Assembly: GCA_012295275.1 (NCBI GenBank)
Contig: CM022665.1
Location: forward strand, 19,840,001-19,904,000
DNA from: Chrysomallon squamiferum
Taxonomy: Eukaryota > Animalia > Mollusca
Direction: 5' to 3'
DNA: 64,000 bases
Below, in pieces: positions 29,214 to 44,800 of this stretch. Position numbers and translations under genes: made by a program. Below the pieces are notes generated by a model. That model did no database searches. It saw only the letters and a list, made by a program, of their open reading frames with translations, and had not been told where the DNA came from. The first letter of the stretch is position 1, and every line of letters starts with the position of its first letter.

Positions 29214-32200
29214 CATAAATAAAACATTTTTATTTTGAAAAAAAAAAAAAAAAAAAACTGGTATCACCTCACACATATCACATTTGGAAGTGTATACAGA
29301 AATGTTTGGAACTGTACATAGAATGAGCAACATGTCATGAGATTGGCAGTGTCTGTAGTGTGTTGTGTGTTGCTGTGTTCACTGGATGGAGAATACAGAG
29401 TGCAATGAGAAAAGAAACAGAAAAATCTCTAAAAATTACCTTTCATTTTTGTTAGTAAACCGATGTTAGACTTTCTGTGACTAAAAATAAACTTCTCTTT
29501 TTTTTATTTTATGTACACAAAGTAAAAAAAAAAAGGAATTGAAAAATCTCTTTATGATGATCTGTTTTCAAAATTAACTTTACGTGATGTAAAAAAAACC
29601 CCAGAGAAAATGGAAAATGACTTAAAATGAACTTCAGTTTTTATTTTATGTACATATGTAAAAAAAGAAACGTAACAAATGATCTATTTTCAATTATTAT
29701 TTTTTTAAATTGTAACTAAATAAGATATTTGACATTACAAAGGTAAAAATCAGCTTAATTTTTTTATTTTGTGTACATAAGGGAAGAAAAAGAAACTGAA
29801 AAATCTCTTAAGATGATCTGTTTTCAAAAATAACTTGGTAACTAAACAGATATCTGACTTTACAACTTTACAATTTTACAATACCATTATTGAGTTTTAA
29901 TTTATGTACATAATATAAATTTTATTAAATCTGTTTTGAAATGTTTCATGTCGAGTTATTGTAAGATATCTAGATGCCTTTATGTTGCAGTCACTTTTAC
30001 AGATATTTAAGCAATTATCAAAACTGATTTAAACTGATTAAATGGATGACAATCTTTTGATGTTTCTATGTAAATTTAGTTTTCTGCATTTAGGATTTAA
30101 ACATATACTGAAACAGAATTAGTTAAATTTAGTAAAACTGGTTTAGGATTTTTGTGTGAATGGAGCATTTGCTTGCAATATACTTGTCTTGTTTGCACTA
30201 AGTTGCTTCCTGGGTTAACTACAAATGTTAAAATTCAAACAACTTTCATATTGTTTAAAGATAATGGAAATTTTGTTGTTTATTATTCCATCAACTTATT
30301 TGTGAAAATACTCAAAATATGTAACATGCTGTAAAGTAAATCAGCATCTGTTAATAGATGTGTCTAAAACAATCACAACTCAGAAAAATGTGGTAAAATA
30401 TTTTTTATTTGATAAAAAAGTTTTATTCTACTGGTGATACTTTCTGTTTAACAAATCACAAAGCACCAGTAACAAAATATTCCTCTTCAAGAACAGAGGT
30501 TAAACAAAACTTTAAATACATCTGACAGCGATTTATAAATAACAAAACTGTTTATGTTCATAACATCTGACAATAAATTATTAGTAACAAAGTTACTTTA
30601 TACTGATAACATGTGACACTGAATTATAAATAACGGAACTTTAATTAGTTTATGTTTGTAATATCTGACAGTGAATTATAAATAAAAATTTAATTACTTT
30701 ATGTAATAGTATATCATAGGAAAAAATGAGATAAAATTTAATTACTTTATATTGATAATATCGGATAGTAAAATATAAATAAAAATTTAATTACTTTACA
30801 CTGATAACATTTGACAGTAAATTATAAATAACAACACCGTATATAGATTTTATAAGCATTTTTATCAGTGGACATATATTTTTGAAATTTAATGTAACAA
30901 ATGGTTTTATCTGTCAAAATTTAGTGAAAAATAAATATTTTTTTTAATTGCTGTTGACTAACAACTGCTATGTTAGATAACTATTACAATAATTACAGTG
31001 AAAAATTGAAGATTATCATATGTAATAAATAGCCATTATAAAAAATGTTTAATTTAATATATAGTTTGTTTTTATATATATAAAATCAAATAGTTTAGGA
31101 AACAAAACAGGATTGTCCAACATAACATTATTATTATTATCTGTTTATAATTCACATTTTCTATTATTATTTTTTTTAATCATTACTTACAAGAAATGAA
31201 CATTGAAACAGTTTTAAATGATGTTTAAGATTTGTCATTGTAGAAAATTTTGTCTTACAACAACTATGTAACAATTTTAGTATAATACTAACCTAAGTAT
31301 ACCAATTACATAAAATTAAGTATTATTTTAAGTTATATAAAAAAAACACCTAATTTCTTAATAAATATGAAATTACTGAAAACCTACTATCTCTCATCAG
31401 TTACATTTAAAATAAAATACTTTAAATGTTTGTCTATATATGTTATTGCTTATTATAAATACAGTTGTATATAATATTGCATATTTCCAGTATACCTGTA
31501 ATTTCTACTATTGTACTATATGTACTAGTATGGTACTACTTGATGTTCTTGTTAAAACTATGTTCTCTGTCAACTGATAAATGTTATGTTACTGTAAAAC
31601 AAAATCTATTTATAACACACACTATTTAAATAAATATCACAGACTGAGTAGGAGACAAAACGCTCTGCACAACAGATGGACGGATAGATTTTTAACAGTT
31701 GAAAAAAACTGTTATTTGATTCATCAAAATGAGTTTTAGTTTGGATATCTGAAAATAAGACATCTGTTTTACAAACTGATTTTGACACACAGAGACAAGG
31801 TGAAATTCAAAACTTTTTGTCATCTTTAATTTACTGAATCAGAGGACCTATGGAGAATTTGCAGCATTTCTTTGAGCTGCTGAGGTCCTTGAATGAGCAT
31901 TCAATAAAGAAAGATCTCATGAAATAATTATCATCACTATTTAAATAACATCCCAGAAATTTAATAACTGCAAAACAAAATGCATATTTTGTATATTTCT
32001 GTATTACAGAAATTTTAATGATCCACACACTGATGTGAACATGTAAAGAAATAAATTAAAACTTAGATGTTCATGAAAATATTAGAATGTATTAAAACTA
32101 GACCAACTGCAAAAATAGTGAAAAAAAAATCTTAGTAAAATAATAAATCATCTATTAAATACTAAAGGTGTGTTGCAAACAAACACATCTTGTAGATTAG

Positions 32201-33028
32201 TTTTATTCTACCAGCCTGAAGATTTGTTGCTTATTTTCACCCTCATCAGATATCAAACATGAGATAGATATCTGAGTTAGAAACACCAGTTAGATATCTG
32301 AGTTAGAAACATCAGTTAGATACCCAAGTTACAAATACCAATTAGATATCATACGAGCTACAAAAAACAGGTATCTCACCAGTTACAAACATTAGTGAGG
32401 TATCTCATGAATTCTGGCCAATAAAAAAGATATCTGAGTTACAAATACCAGTTAGATATCTTATGAGCTACAAAGAACAGATATTTTACCAGTTACAAAC
32501 ACCAGTGAGATATCTCATGAATAAAAAAGATATCAGAATCACACAGAGAGAGTAAATACTGGTGAAACTTTGACTGAACAATAAACAAATACAAGTGCTG
32601 ACTAGCATGTGACTCTAACAGTATTCAGACAGACATGTGGTAGCACTAGAAGAAAAATTTGTGTAAACATTCTCTGATTACTTTTAATATATCATAACAT
32701 TCAAAAATACATTCCAGATTATTACTAGCTATTTAGAAAAATGTGTCCGTAACTTAAAAAAACAAAACAAAAAATAAATAAATAAAAATATTACTGCATT
32801 CACATACTTTTGTCATACAGATAAATTTATTATGCAGCAACATTGTTAAATGATCACCATGGTGGAACGGATTGTACTTTGTAGATAATACTTCAACACA
32901 TGTCTGTATATAGTCTACATAGAAAATCCAGAATACTGGTGATGCTGCTGTCTTCTGAGGTGGCAATGTACCATACTAACAACATTCCAAACTGTGTGGA
33001 AGAGTTTTACCTATTTCAGCTGATGTAA

Positions 33029-36000
33029 TCACAAGATGGTACAAAATCGAGACTGAAAAAGAAAAAGAAATGATAAATTATGATGATGGCAATAATAGTA
33101 ATAACAATAACAGTGACAATAATTGCAACAATAACAACAATATTAACAACAATAATAATAGTAGTAATAAAAATAACAAAAACAATAACAATAAGAACAA
33201 CAACAGCAACAACAATGATAATAGTAATAATAATAACTGAAATTATAAATTGTAAAAGATTCAAGTATTTTTAACAAAAGCTACAACAAATATGTTACTG
33301 GAATCCACACTATAATCTATCATTATATCAAAAATTTGGAAAATCATGATAAATGGTAAAAGAATACAGTTTGGTATTCTCAATTATTATATATATGTTT
33401 TTACCTTTTTCTTTGGTGGAGTGGTTTCTTTTTCTTTCACATCTTCTTTTTTATCTTCCTCCTCCTTCTCATCTTTGTTTTCACTTTTCTCTTCTTTGTC
33501 TTCGTTTTTGTCTTCTCTATTTTCATTTTTATCTTCCTCCTTGTCTTCATCAGACTCATTTTCTTCTTTCTTCTTTGTCTTCGTCTTTTTGACCTTCCTT
33601 TTTGTCTTCTTACTTTTTGTTTCCTGTTTTTTATGATGAGATATGATAATTAGACTGTCAACTTTAAAACAATTCCTATAAAACAGTGGGGTATTTTTTA
33701 TTTTTTTTTATAGTCATTAAAAATTTACCATTATATTCTTTTCTTACATTGACAAAAACATGCATACATTTTGTTTTTAAACTATTTTACCAAAAAAAGT
33801 ATAAATGAGAACATCAGACAACTAATTTCATTCATATTTAGTTGTATTATAATACCTCTGAATATGTAAATGTTAATGTTTTAAGATCTCACAAGCTGCA
33901 ATGAACAGTTTAAACTGCTTTTACTCAAATAACAAATATCTGTTATGAATGCAGAGAGAGAGAAACACTATTAACTTAAATAAATGAAGATAAGGCTCAA
34001 ATTAAAGCAAGTATAAAGATTATTTTTAACACTGTCTCATCAGACATTTACACAAACCTCTTCTTCTTTCTCTCTTGTTTCTTCTTCTTCTTCTTTTTTC
34101 TTCTCTTTTTTATCTTTCTTCTTTTTACCTATTACATAAATTAATAATTTGTTAACACTGAAATCTCAAGACCCCCCCCAAAACATAACAAATAATAATA
34201 ATAATAACAAAATAAAATAAATAAAAACAGATATAAATAAGTAAATAGATAAATATATAAAAATGCACAAATACATTATTTTACTTAAAAATTAACATAA
34301 AATTTTATTATGGAAAGCTGTGATTTGTTTTAACACCATAAATAATAATAATAATAATAATAAAAAACAGTATTAGTTCATATTGATGAATTTTTTTTTC
34401 ATATGTAAGCTTTCTTATTAAATACATCTGGATTTGTTTTTATCTCAGGTTTCTGTTATTAAAATAAATAACAAGACTTATACCTGTAATATTACACCAC
34501 ATTTTAAGAGAAAAGTTAAAATGTGTCACCTTTCTGTTTCTCTTCCTTCGCTAATCTTTCTTTCTCTTTTTCTTTCTCTTTTTCTTTCTTTTTCATTTCT
34601 TCTTTCTCTCTTTCTTCTTTCTCTCTTTTTGCTTTCAGTTTTTCTTCTTCATCATCTTCCTCCTCATCCTCATCCTCCTCATCTTCATCATCTGCCTCTT
34701 CTTCATCCTCATCATCACTTTTTTCATCTAGAACATTCTTCTTTCCAAATATATTTGCTTTTGCTTTCTTTGGAGATTTCTGTTTGTCTGAAAGTTAGAA
34801 CAAGAAACAAAATGTGATACACAAAGAGATTAATAATCAGATGTTAATATGATTTAATTTAAGTCTTGGCAAATAAATACATTTACCTGTTTTTGTCTCC
34901 TTGGCTGTCTCCTCTCTGATTGTCTCCTCTCTAACTGTCTCTTCTTTCTGAATCTCCTGTTTTTCTGGCTCCTCATTCTCTGATTGGCTGTCTTTTTTAC
35001 TCCTAGGAGATGCTTTAGGAGTTCCCATTTGTCTCACCTGTAAACAAACACGTTTTTCACACCTGTCTTCTTTATTAACAAGTTAGAACTTGTTTTTAAC
35101 AACTGTTTATAACAGAATATTAATATATACAAGTTTTACATTTTTTGTTTTAACAAATTACTACTTAAGTATTATTGTAACTGTCATTTGTTATTCATAA
35201 AGTAATACGTAGCTGATTTTGTGTAAAAAGTAACTGCATTTTATGTCATATAAAAAGAATATAATTCCTTTTTTTCTTTTTCTTTCCCCCCCCACACTTA
35301 CATCTCATATTCATTTACAACACAACTTCACATGGTAGACGTTGATATTAAAAATCATTACTATCAGTCAAAGATTTTTGTTTCATTTTGTGATAATGTA
35401 AAACACACAAACACTGTAAGTGCAAATACAGAAAAACACTAACACTGAGTGTGAATACATAGTAAAAACAAAAAATTGTGAATGCACAGCGAGTGAAACA
35501 CAGTAAGATGTAAACATTGTGTGACACCAGAGTAAAACACAAAAACGTATATATCAATTCTTTAAAAAATATTTTCATTAAGAATTGAAATCTTGTTTAT
35601 TAGAACATAATAAAGTGCTGCCATGTTAATATTTAAAATAGTTTAAAGTCTTTTGTAGACAGAAAATAAAATAAAAGGTAGAACTACCACCACCACCACC
35701 ACCACCACCACTACTACTAATACTACTACTAGTAATAATAACAATAATAACACAACCATTACTACTACTACAGAAAGCAAAAGCAGTAACAACATGCTGT
35801 GAATAATATGCATTTTATTGTATATATATATATATACATATATGTATATACAGACACACACACACATACACACACAGTCAATACCTTCTTGGTAGCCACA
35901 TACAAATGATGGTCAATCTAATTTTAAAGCGGCCAGTTCCCAGTGCACAAAACATCTATATTAAAGTATTCACATGAACATCCTGCTCCACATACTTTGT

Positions 36001-39000
36001 CAGTTCAAACAATTATCTCTGTTACTACTTCAAAACGAGTTAGTGGAAAGAGGCAATGGTTGGATGTAAACTCTGCTGACGACCAATTAAGATTGGTAAC
36101 TACTTTGTGTTAGCTGAATGTAACAGCCAAATAACTATAACTAAAAAATATTTCTAATATTCTAATAATCTGTAACCTATGTTAAGCTGTGACTTTGGCT
36201 TACACCCATTAGTGGCTGCTAGAGGCAGATTTGACTGCATGTGTGTGATATCTATCTATCTGTCTATATCATTTCTTTTGTATCCTAACACAATTCAAAC
36301 TAAACAAATGAATTTAAAAACAAATGTGTGAATATAATATATTTAATACTGTATGCAATAAATTTATTGTTCAGTGTAATGTATTTATTATTCATTGTAA
36401 ATATATTTATTATTAAATGTGATATATTAAATATATTTATTATCAAATGTAATATATTTAATATATTTATTATTAGATGTCATATAGTAAATATATTTAT
36501 TATTAAATGTAATATAGTAAATATATTTAATATTAAACGTGATAATTAAATATATTCATTATTAAATATATTATGTGATGTCTTACTTCAGACTCATCAA
36601 TGTTTTCCTCCTCCTCAGATTCACTTTCTGACTTGTCAGAGTTTTTCCCCTCCGAGTCTAGATCCTGTAAACATACATGCCCCACATACTGCTTGTAACG
36701 TGAGTTATAAGTTATTACATCAGTTATCTATCAACAGTATATCAAACCCTGATTTCCCATACTGTTTGTAAAATATCTGCATAGAGTATACCAAAGAGTT
36801 TCACAAATAACAGTGATATCCCATACTACTTTAACATGTGGTATATAGCAACTTACTACATTATTTGTCTATCTACACTATACCAAATGCAACAACATTA
36901 CAAGTATCATTTTTACATTATCATATATTAAACACCTTGCAAGCAAAGATATTCCCAGTCATAATTCTACATCATATATTAAATATATTTTGGAAAAAAG
37001 CATGCTGGGTAATGCGATTAGTTAGTTAGTGCTTCTCTTGCCACTATCTAGCAAGCAACTTTGAGTTTTCTGATTTAACCCTTTTAAAGAAGAGGTTGGT
37101 AGCAAAACTCAAATTATCACCTGGTAACATTATTAAAACTTCCATTTGGTAAATGTATTTTTCTTTTTCTTTTTCAAAAACTGGCTGATAATTCATTTCC
37201 AAATATCAACTAGTAATAGCCTACTAGAATAATGTTTTGTTTTCACTGATATGAACACAGCACAAAGTTACTCAAGTGAAATCTGTTAAGTGCTGCAATA
37301 CAAAACTGCTGGTGCTTTTTTTCTCACAATATTTCTACACACAGTTCTTATTAATGTCTGCACCATGTCAGCTTTTAACATAGCAGACTAAGAACAAACT
37401 TGTCTACCAGTTTCATTACAAATCATTTTATATATCAGTCATTAATTTAAAATAATCTAGTCAAAAGAAAAAAATACATCCTCTCACTTTTATAATTAAA
37501 ATTAATTTATAATTTATTTTTAATTGGTTTTATTTACTTTAACAAAAATAATAAAAAATTTGAAAATTAACAAGAGGTAACTCCACAGAATAAAAAAAAA
37601 AAAAAAAATTGAATTTATAAAATGCTTATATAAACCTAATCTGCAATGCTGATTATTATAAATATGCAGCATTATATTTTAACATGCAATTTATGATATA
37701 TATATTTTAACATGCAATGCATTATGTATATTTTAACATGCTGTATATGATAATTAATTTAACATGCAATCCATAATATTTATGTCAAAATGCATTAATA
37801 AGAAATTAATTTTATTTGTTTTACCAGTAAAGAACTGTTTAGTTTGTTACAAAATAAAACTTACCTTTGTTACAGCTTTCTGTCTTGGCAGTGGTTTTGG
37901 CTTAATTTCTTTTGCCTGTAACAATCAACACAAATGTACACATCACAGCTGATAATTACATTATATAAAATCACAAACGTTGAAAACAATAATACAGACA
38001 ACAGAAAGCTACAGCTATTAATGACACAGTTAATATGCTACTCTGGCATGTGATCCACACATCATGAAACAACTTTGGCATGTGACCTACAACTTAAAGG
38101 GTAATCTACATCAAAAAAACACCCAACCCCCCAAAAAATAAAAAACATGCACGACATTTTTATAGAACAACAGTGTGACAGGAAAGGATAATTATATTCA
38201 TTTAACAGGAAATGTCAATTTATAGGAGGTAGATAAAGTAATACAATAGCTTGGATCAGAAATGGATTAAATAGGAAGGTATTTAGCACTTTGCATTTGT
38301 TGTGGTGGTGAAATGAAGGAAGCTTGAAGAAAAGGGAAGATTTTTTCTTGCGTTTCTAGTAAATATTCGCTGAATTCATTATACAATCATTCAAATTTGT
38401 ATGCTTTTTAGCCCTTGTTCCTACAAGTTATAAATAAATAAGAAAGGATTTTTTTTTTCATTTATGCTGTGAAAAATAATAATAAAAAACCGAAATAAAT
38501 AAAATAATAATTAAAATAAGCATGTAGATCACACACCAAAGTAAAATTTCCTTATGTAGATCACCCACCAAAGAGCACCGATAATACATACTAGACACTA
38601 ATAACACAAAACTAGACATAGATAAAACAAAACTACAGACACAATAATACAAAACTACAGACAGATAATACAAAACCACAGACACATAACACAATAGACA
38701 CTAATAACACAAAACCACAGACACTTAACACAATAGACAGTAATAACACAAAACTAGACACAGATAAAACAAAACTTAGACAGAAAATACAAAACTACAG
38801 ACACAGATAATACAGTAGTGGACACTAATAACACAAAACTACAGACACAGAACACAAAACTAGAGACACTGATAATACAATACTAGACACTGATAATACA
38901 ATACTAGACACTTATAATACAAAACTAGACACTGACAACACAAAACTACTGACACTGAACAGATACTGAACAGAAACAAACCTGTTCATTCTCAGATTCG

Positions 39001-41838
39001 TCTTCTTCTGAATCAGAATCATCTTTAAATTTGGCTGAAATAAACCAATGAAACATTAATATTTATTAATCCTTTGTGTCATTATTAGCTTTCTGAGTAC
39101 TCAACATTAATTCATCTTTCTGAGGATCTACACTAGGCACCCTTATTTTACTTATTTGTTAAATGTTTATCACCTTTTCTAGATTTATGCAGATCTATAC
39201 AAGGCATCTTAATTTTCCTATACTGAATGTTTAATTGTCTTTTCTGACACTAGATTTCTGCACATCTAAAGTAGGCACCATAATTTTACTTATTTATCAA
39301 ATGTTTAATTACAATTTCTAGATTTCTGAAGATTTATACTAGGTACCATTATTTTACTATACCAAATATTTAATCACCTTTCTGCACACTAGATTTCTGC
39401 AGATCTATACTAGGCATCATTGTTTTACTAATGTGATTGTCAACTGTCACTGGCTCAGTAGTTTGCTCTGGGTATGTGGTGTGTAATGGCAGTGAACGGT
39501 TGTGCCCGAGGGATGGAAGATTTCTGTTACAAGTGTTTTTATTCTGAAAGTAAAAACATTCCTGAAACGTAATCATCACATCCAGTGATGCTGAGATACG
39601 GTTGCTGCAGCAAGAACAAAGGACACAAGGATTATTAATAATAATAATAATAACAACAATAACAATAACAATAAAAATAATATAAAATGAGTGCATTAGG
39701 TGACTTTCATTTTCTTCCAGTGGGACCCATGTTAAGATATTTCAAACTATCCATTTTTTTTTTTTTTCAGGCCTCATATTTGTGTTATTTGTAAGTAAAC
39801 ACAAACATTAGTCTTATTAAGGAAATCATCTCTTTAAGTGGTACACTGCGAGACACATGCTCATAGGCAATGGGTGCATGACACTGATTATAACACATAG
39901 ACTATGGTTGAACTTACTATAAAAAATTCACAGAAAACCAACAAACATAACAACTAAACATTCCATTCAGTTTTAAATAATTTTAAGTAAAATAATTTAA
40001 TGAATTACCATATTCACAATCAATATTTTAAATAACTTAAAGTTAAATAACCATTCAGTTAAATGTTTAAAAAAACAAATTAAACTTTTTATAAAAATTA
40101 CAAAAGTATTTCGTCTTCTGACTCTTGCTGATAAACTGAGATCCATTAAGTTATCTCCCTTCATTGTATGCTCAAGTTGTGATCTCTCTTCTTCATATTC
40201 CTCACTGTCTTCTATATGACCATTCTGTTGCCGTGGATTTGCAGTCACTATCATATGACAACCACCACATGCCACCTGGCAAACACAAACAAACACTGTT
40301 AAACACTAATGACAATTTACAAAAAAAAAAGACAAAAATTCAAAAATTGGAATTGCATAATTTTGTACAGTTTTTGGATTGTTTTGTATGCCCAAACTTA
40401 TTTTATGCACAAAATTATAAAAAATATGTATAAAAACTCTGCAGACTATTTGTTTAAGCTGCATATGAAATATAAATGGAATTTGTACATAGACCTAGAT
40501 CCTATTCTTAGGCTATCCCCTTATTTTCCAGAATCTGAAACACTTCTGATCCCAAGTATTTCAGAAAGAGAATATTTAACAGATTTACTTAAGTGGATCT
40601 TTGGGTTTCATTGTGTAGATTTAGTTTAAACAATGATATTTTACACTGCACAGAATCAACTGACATTTTTAATGTTACAATGCTATATTAGATATTGTGA
40701 ACCATGTTGGTGTATGTAATAATGGTGTAGATGTTGTAAACCCTGACATTGTGAATTGTGCTGGTGCAGATGTTGTTAACACTGATGTTGTGAATTGTGA
40801 TGGAATGATGGTGTGGATGTTGTTGTAAACACTCACTCTGTCAACAAAACATCTCATCAGACAATCACACCTAGTTGGCTTGTACAGGTTGGTGAAACAC
40901 TCTGTCCCTTGGGCTAGTTTACCATGGCGACCGTCACCAAATGTATACAAATATCCTCGCTCTACAACCAGTAACAACATTTTCTGTTAATATGCGATGC
41001 TCAGAATTAATGTTTTAACTCACCAGTATCTGTGTAATAATAATAGTACATGATCACAGACTTGGTAAAACTATTCAGTACAACAACAAAATACTGTTAC
41101 TCATTCACTCTAGACACATTCTGAGGACTGAACCTATAATTTAAAAAATAAAAATAAAAATAAAAATAAAAATAAAAATAAAAATAAAAATAATGTTACT
41201 CATTCCTTCTTTACAAACTTTTAGGGAGGATCAAAAATGAATGTTGGAAAACTGATTTGAAAAATTATTACAAAGAATGGAAAAATTTTAAAGTCTAGAT
41301 TACCTGTAATGATAGCAGTAAAGTTTTCACCACAAATCACCTGTGTCACTGTTGGGGTCATTTTGACCTGTTGAGGAGTGGCTGTCTCCATCACCATGGT
41401 TCCCAGACCTAGTTGTCCATTACTGCCATCTCCACATGTATAGACTGTACCATTTTCTAAAATATATTATTGCAAATATATAGACAATAATTTTCTGAAA
41501 TATATTATTATAATAAACATATAGAATATATAATTTTCTGAAATAAAGATATTACTAATATCACAAATATACAGACTACCTTTTTCTGAAATATATTGGT
41601 ATTAGAATAAGTAAACAGACATGACTATTTTCTACTGAGATATTATCATCTCCATGTTATGAATGGTGATATTTTCTAAATTACTGAGCACTATGTGTTA
41701 CAGAGTATCATACATTTATGTCTTTACATTTTATTTCTTTTTTACTTTAAAAAGTTTCTTTAAAAAAATCTTCTGTCAACAGTATCTTTAAAAATTCAGA
41801 TATAAGAATTATTCCAAATTTAGCCCCTCCCCAAAAAA

Positions 41839-41883
<45 letters not shown>

Positions 41884-44800
41884 GAAAAGAAAAAACAGAA
41901 ATAATAATAATAATAATAATAATAATAATCATAATAATAACAACAACAACAGTAATAATACTGAATGTAATACGTGTGTTTACCTGTGAGAGCTGCAGTG
42001 TGTGATCCACCACAAGACACAGCTTTCACCTTCTCGGGTATGGAAGACACCTGCTCGGGCTCATTAACGTTGTTTTTGTGACTCAGACCAAGTTTACCAC
42101 TGTCATTTTCTCCAAATGTGTACAAGTCTCCTGCCTCTGTAAAGACAAACTGAATTTTTTACATCTCATTACACATTAACAACCACACACATCTACAAAT
42201 AACAAGTTTAAACATACAGACCTGCATAGTTCACTGTAACAAATTTGTAATTATACCTGAATTACTAACAGTAACTGTACGATATGAAAGTTCTATTAGT
42301 GCATGAATACACTGTTTCAGTAGTAACTAGATGATGTCAAAATGTCTGAGATATTCAGTGAAAAGCAACAACAGATAAATATGGGACAGTAATCAGTTAT
42401 TGTAAGTACAGGATGTGAAATTACTAACATTTATTCAGTGACAAAAATAATTACTGGAATTTAACTATTTACAGTAACTGCTGATGTAAAATTTCTAAGA
42501 TGTAGTAACCAGATGATATAAAATTTCTAAGATATCCAGTACAAATAATAATAAATATTGGAATGTAACTATTGATAGTAACTACATGATACAAATTTTT
42601 TTCAGCAAAACGGATAACAATAAGTACTGGGATGTAACTATTAATAGTAACTATATGATGTAAAATAGCTAAGAAATTCAGTGAAAACTAATAATACTCA
42701 GAGGTCTCACTACATGCTGTAAGAGATGGCAGGCCCACCATCCCTTATGGCTTACTATGAGTTTGCCCACCATTCCTCAGCAACGGCATCAGTATTAGTG
42801 TTTATTTAGTGAACTTCATTTTGTATAATAAATTAAACAGACACTTTGATGTTATTTAATTGCTAGTACAATAAACTTGTTAATAGTTAATGCATTTGAT
42901 GCAATTATTTAAAGGAGTATTTTTGACAAACAAGTAATTTGAACATTGTTCAGAGTACTTGTACCCTGAACATTTTCTGTACCATCCCTTTCTTTAACTT
43001 GCACCAGTTATACTGATTTCTGCCATCCCTTTCACAAATGCTGGGGAGACCTTTGATACATAAATATTGGTATACAGCCAAATATAATAAGATATTCAGC
43101 AACAATAATAGATAAATATTGGAATGCAGGTACTAACAGTAACTGCATGATGTGAAATTTCTAAGATATTCAGTGATAAATAATTCTAAATATTAAACCT
43201 GTAACAACTGCTGTGTGGTAGTAACCACATGCTATATAAATAATATTTTCATCAAATTCCAACTTTGTTGGGGTGGAACACCCTTCAGCTTCCCCGAGGC
43301 CAAGTTGTCCCTCTCCATTGCTGCCCCACACGAAAACCTGCCCATCCTCTGAAATGATAATTTTTTAAACTAAGTACATTTGTACTAAACCAAAAATACC
43401 TGATCATCCTCTGAAATCATAATCTTGTAAAGTAAATTTATTCTAAACACACTCACATGCCCAGTCATACATACAAACACACGCACACCATACACACATA
43501 CACACCAAACACTCCATCTGCACACATAGCGCACACACATACACTACAAATACTATACACACACAGTATACAAAGAAAAATAAAATTATACACACACACA
43601 GTACACACATATACAGAACACACACACACGTACAGTATATACCTACACATTACACAAAGAGAAATAAAGTACACACACACACACACACACACTAATGATG
43701 TCACCTGTTAAGGCCACACTGTGTTCTGCTCCAGCATCAAGCATCTTGTATGACATTTCTGCTACATTTTCTACACACATAGGAACACTGCAGTCCTGAA
43801 CATCCTCCACACCCAGTTGTCCCTCACTGTTTGATCCAAATGTATACAATGTACCAGATTCTGTGTAAGTAAATATTGTTCATAAATATACTTTATTACT
43901 GCGACAATACACTAGTATAGTACTACATTGTGTGTGTTTGTATATATTCATTTGAAATACACATACAAAGATAACATTTGACAGAATGGCATTCAAGATG
44001 GAGAGAGCTTACCAAACACACACACAGAGCTTATATATATACATATATGAGACACAGACACTAATAATCATCAGTAGACCCAATTGTTTTTCACGATCAC
44101 AGTAAACAGATAGAATTTGCGGAATTCATGTTGTGGAACGGAAATCATATTTTGAAATGGAATTTTAATTTTCAGCGAAGTCGAAAAACAATTACCATTT
44201 TACTTTTGTCACAGCCTATGAAACTGACGATTTGTCAATGTTGTCAAAGGTGTGATGTCTCATTTACAAGATATCTGCTTGCAGTCATGCTTGCATGGTT
44301 GCTATATTCCTGGTCATTAAATGGTTTTAGTGAAGTTTTGTTTTCTTTACAGCCTGTCAGCCCTGATTCACTTTGAATAAAACACTGTCTGATCTTAGTT
44401 GCAAAATTATGTTTTATTACATTTAGTTGTTTTAATTGTGGTCTTTGATCCTGATGTGACCTTTCACAACTAACGCATACTTTTCATATAGCGATGCAAA
44501 TCTACGCCATGGTATCGCATTATCAATGTGACCAGTCTGTACGTAAATAACGTAGTGACATCATTGATATAACTGGAATTGGTTGTATTTTAATTACAAT
44601 TGTGTTAATATTTCACTAAATACTTTCTCAATAAATGCACAGTGTATTAGATTATATCAAAGGTTTTTTTCCTGCATGATTCCTTCAAGTGTATGTACTG
44701 CCGTTTTTGAGATAAATGTGAAGTGCATTCAGCGTAATGGAGACACTGAAGGTCATTTCAGTTAAATCTTGAATAAATACCATTTTCTCCTTTTTTAAAT

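Noticed and set aside
33346-34817. Ser/Phe/Leu-rich plus-strand ORFs
   Set aside because: Antisense shadows of the purine-rich E/K/D exons of RPGR.
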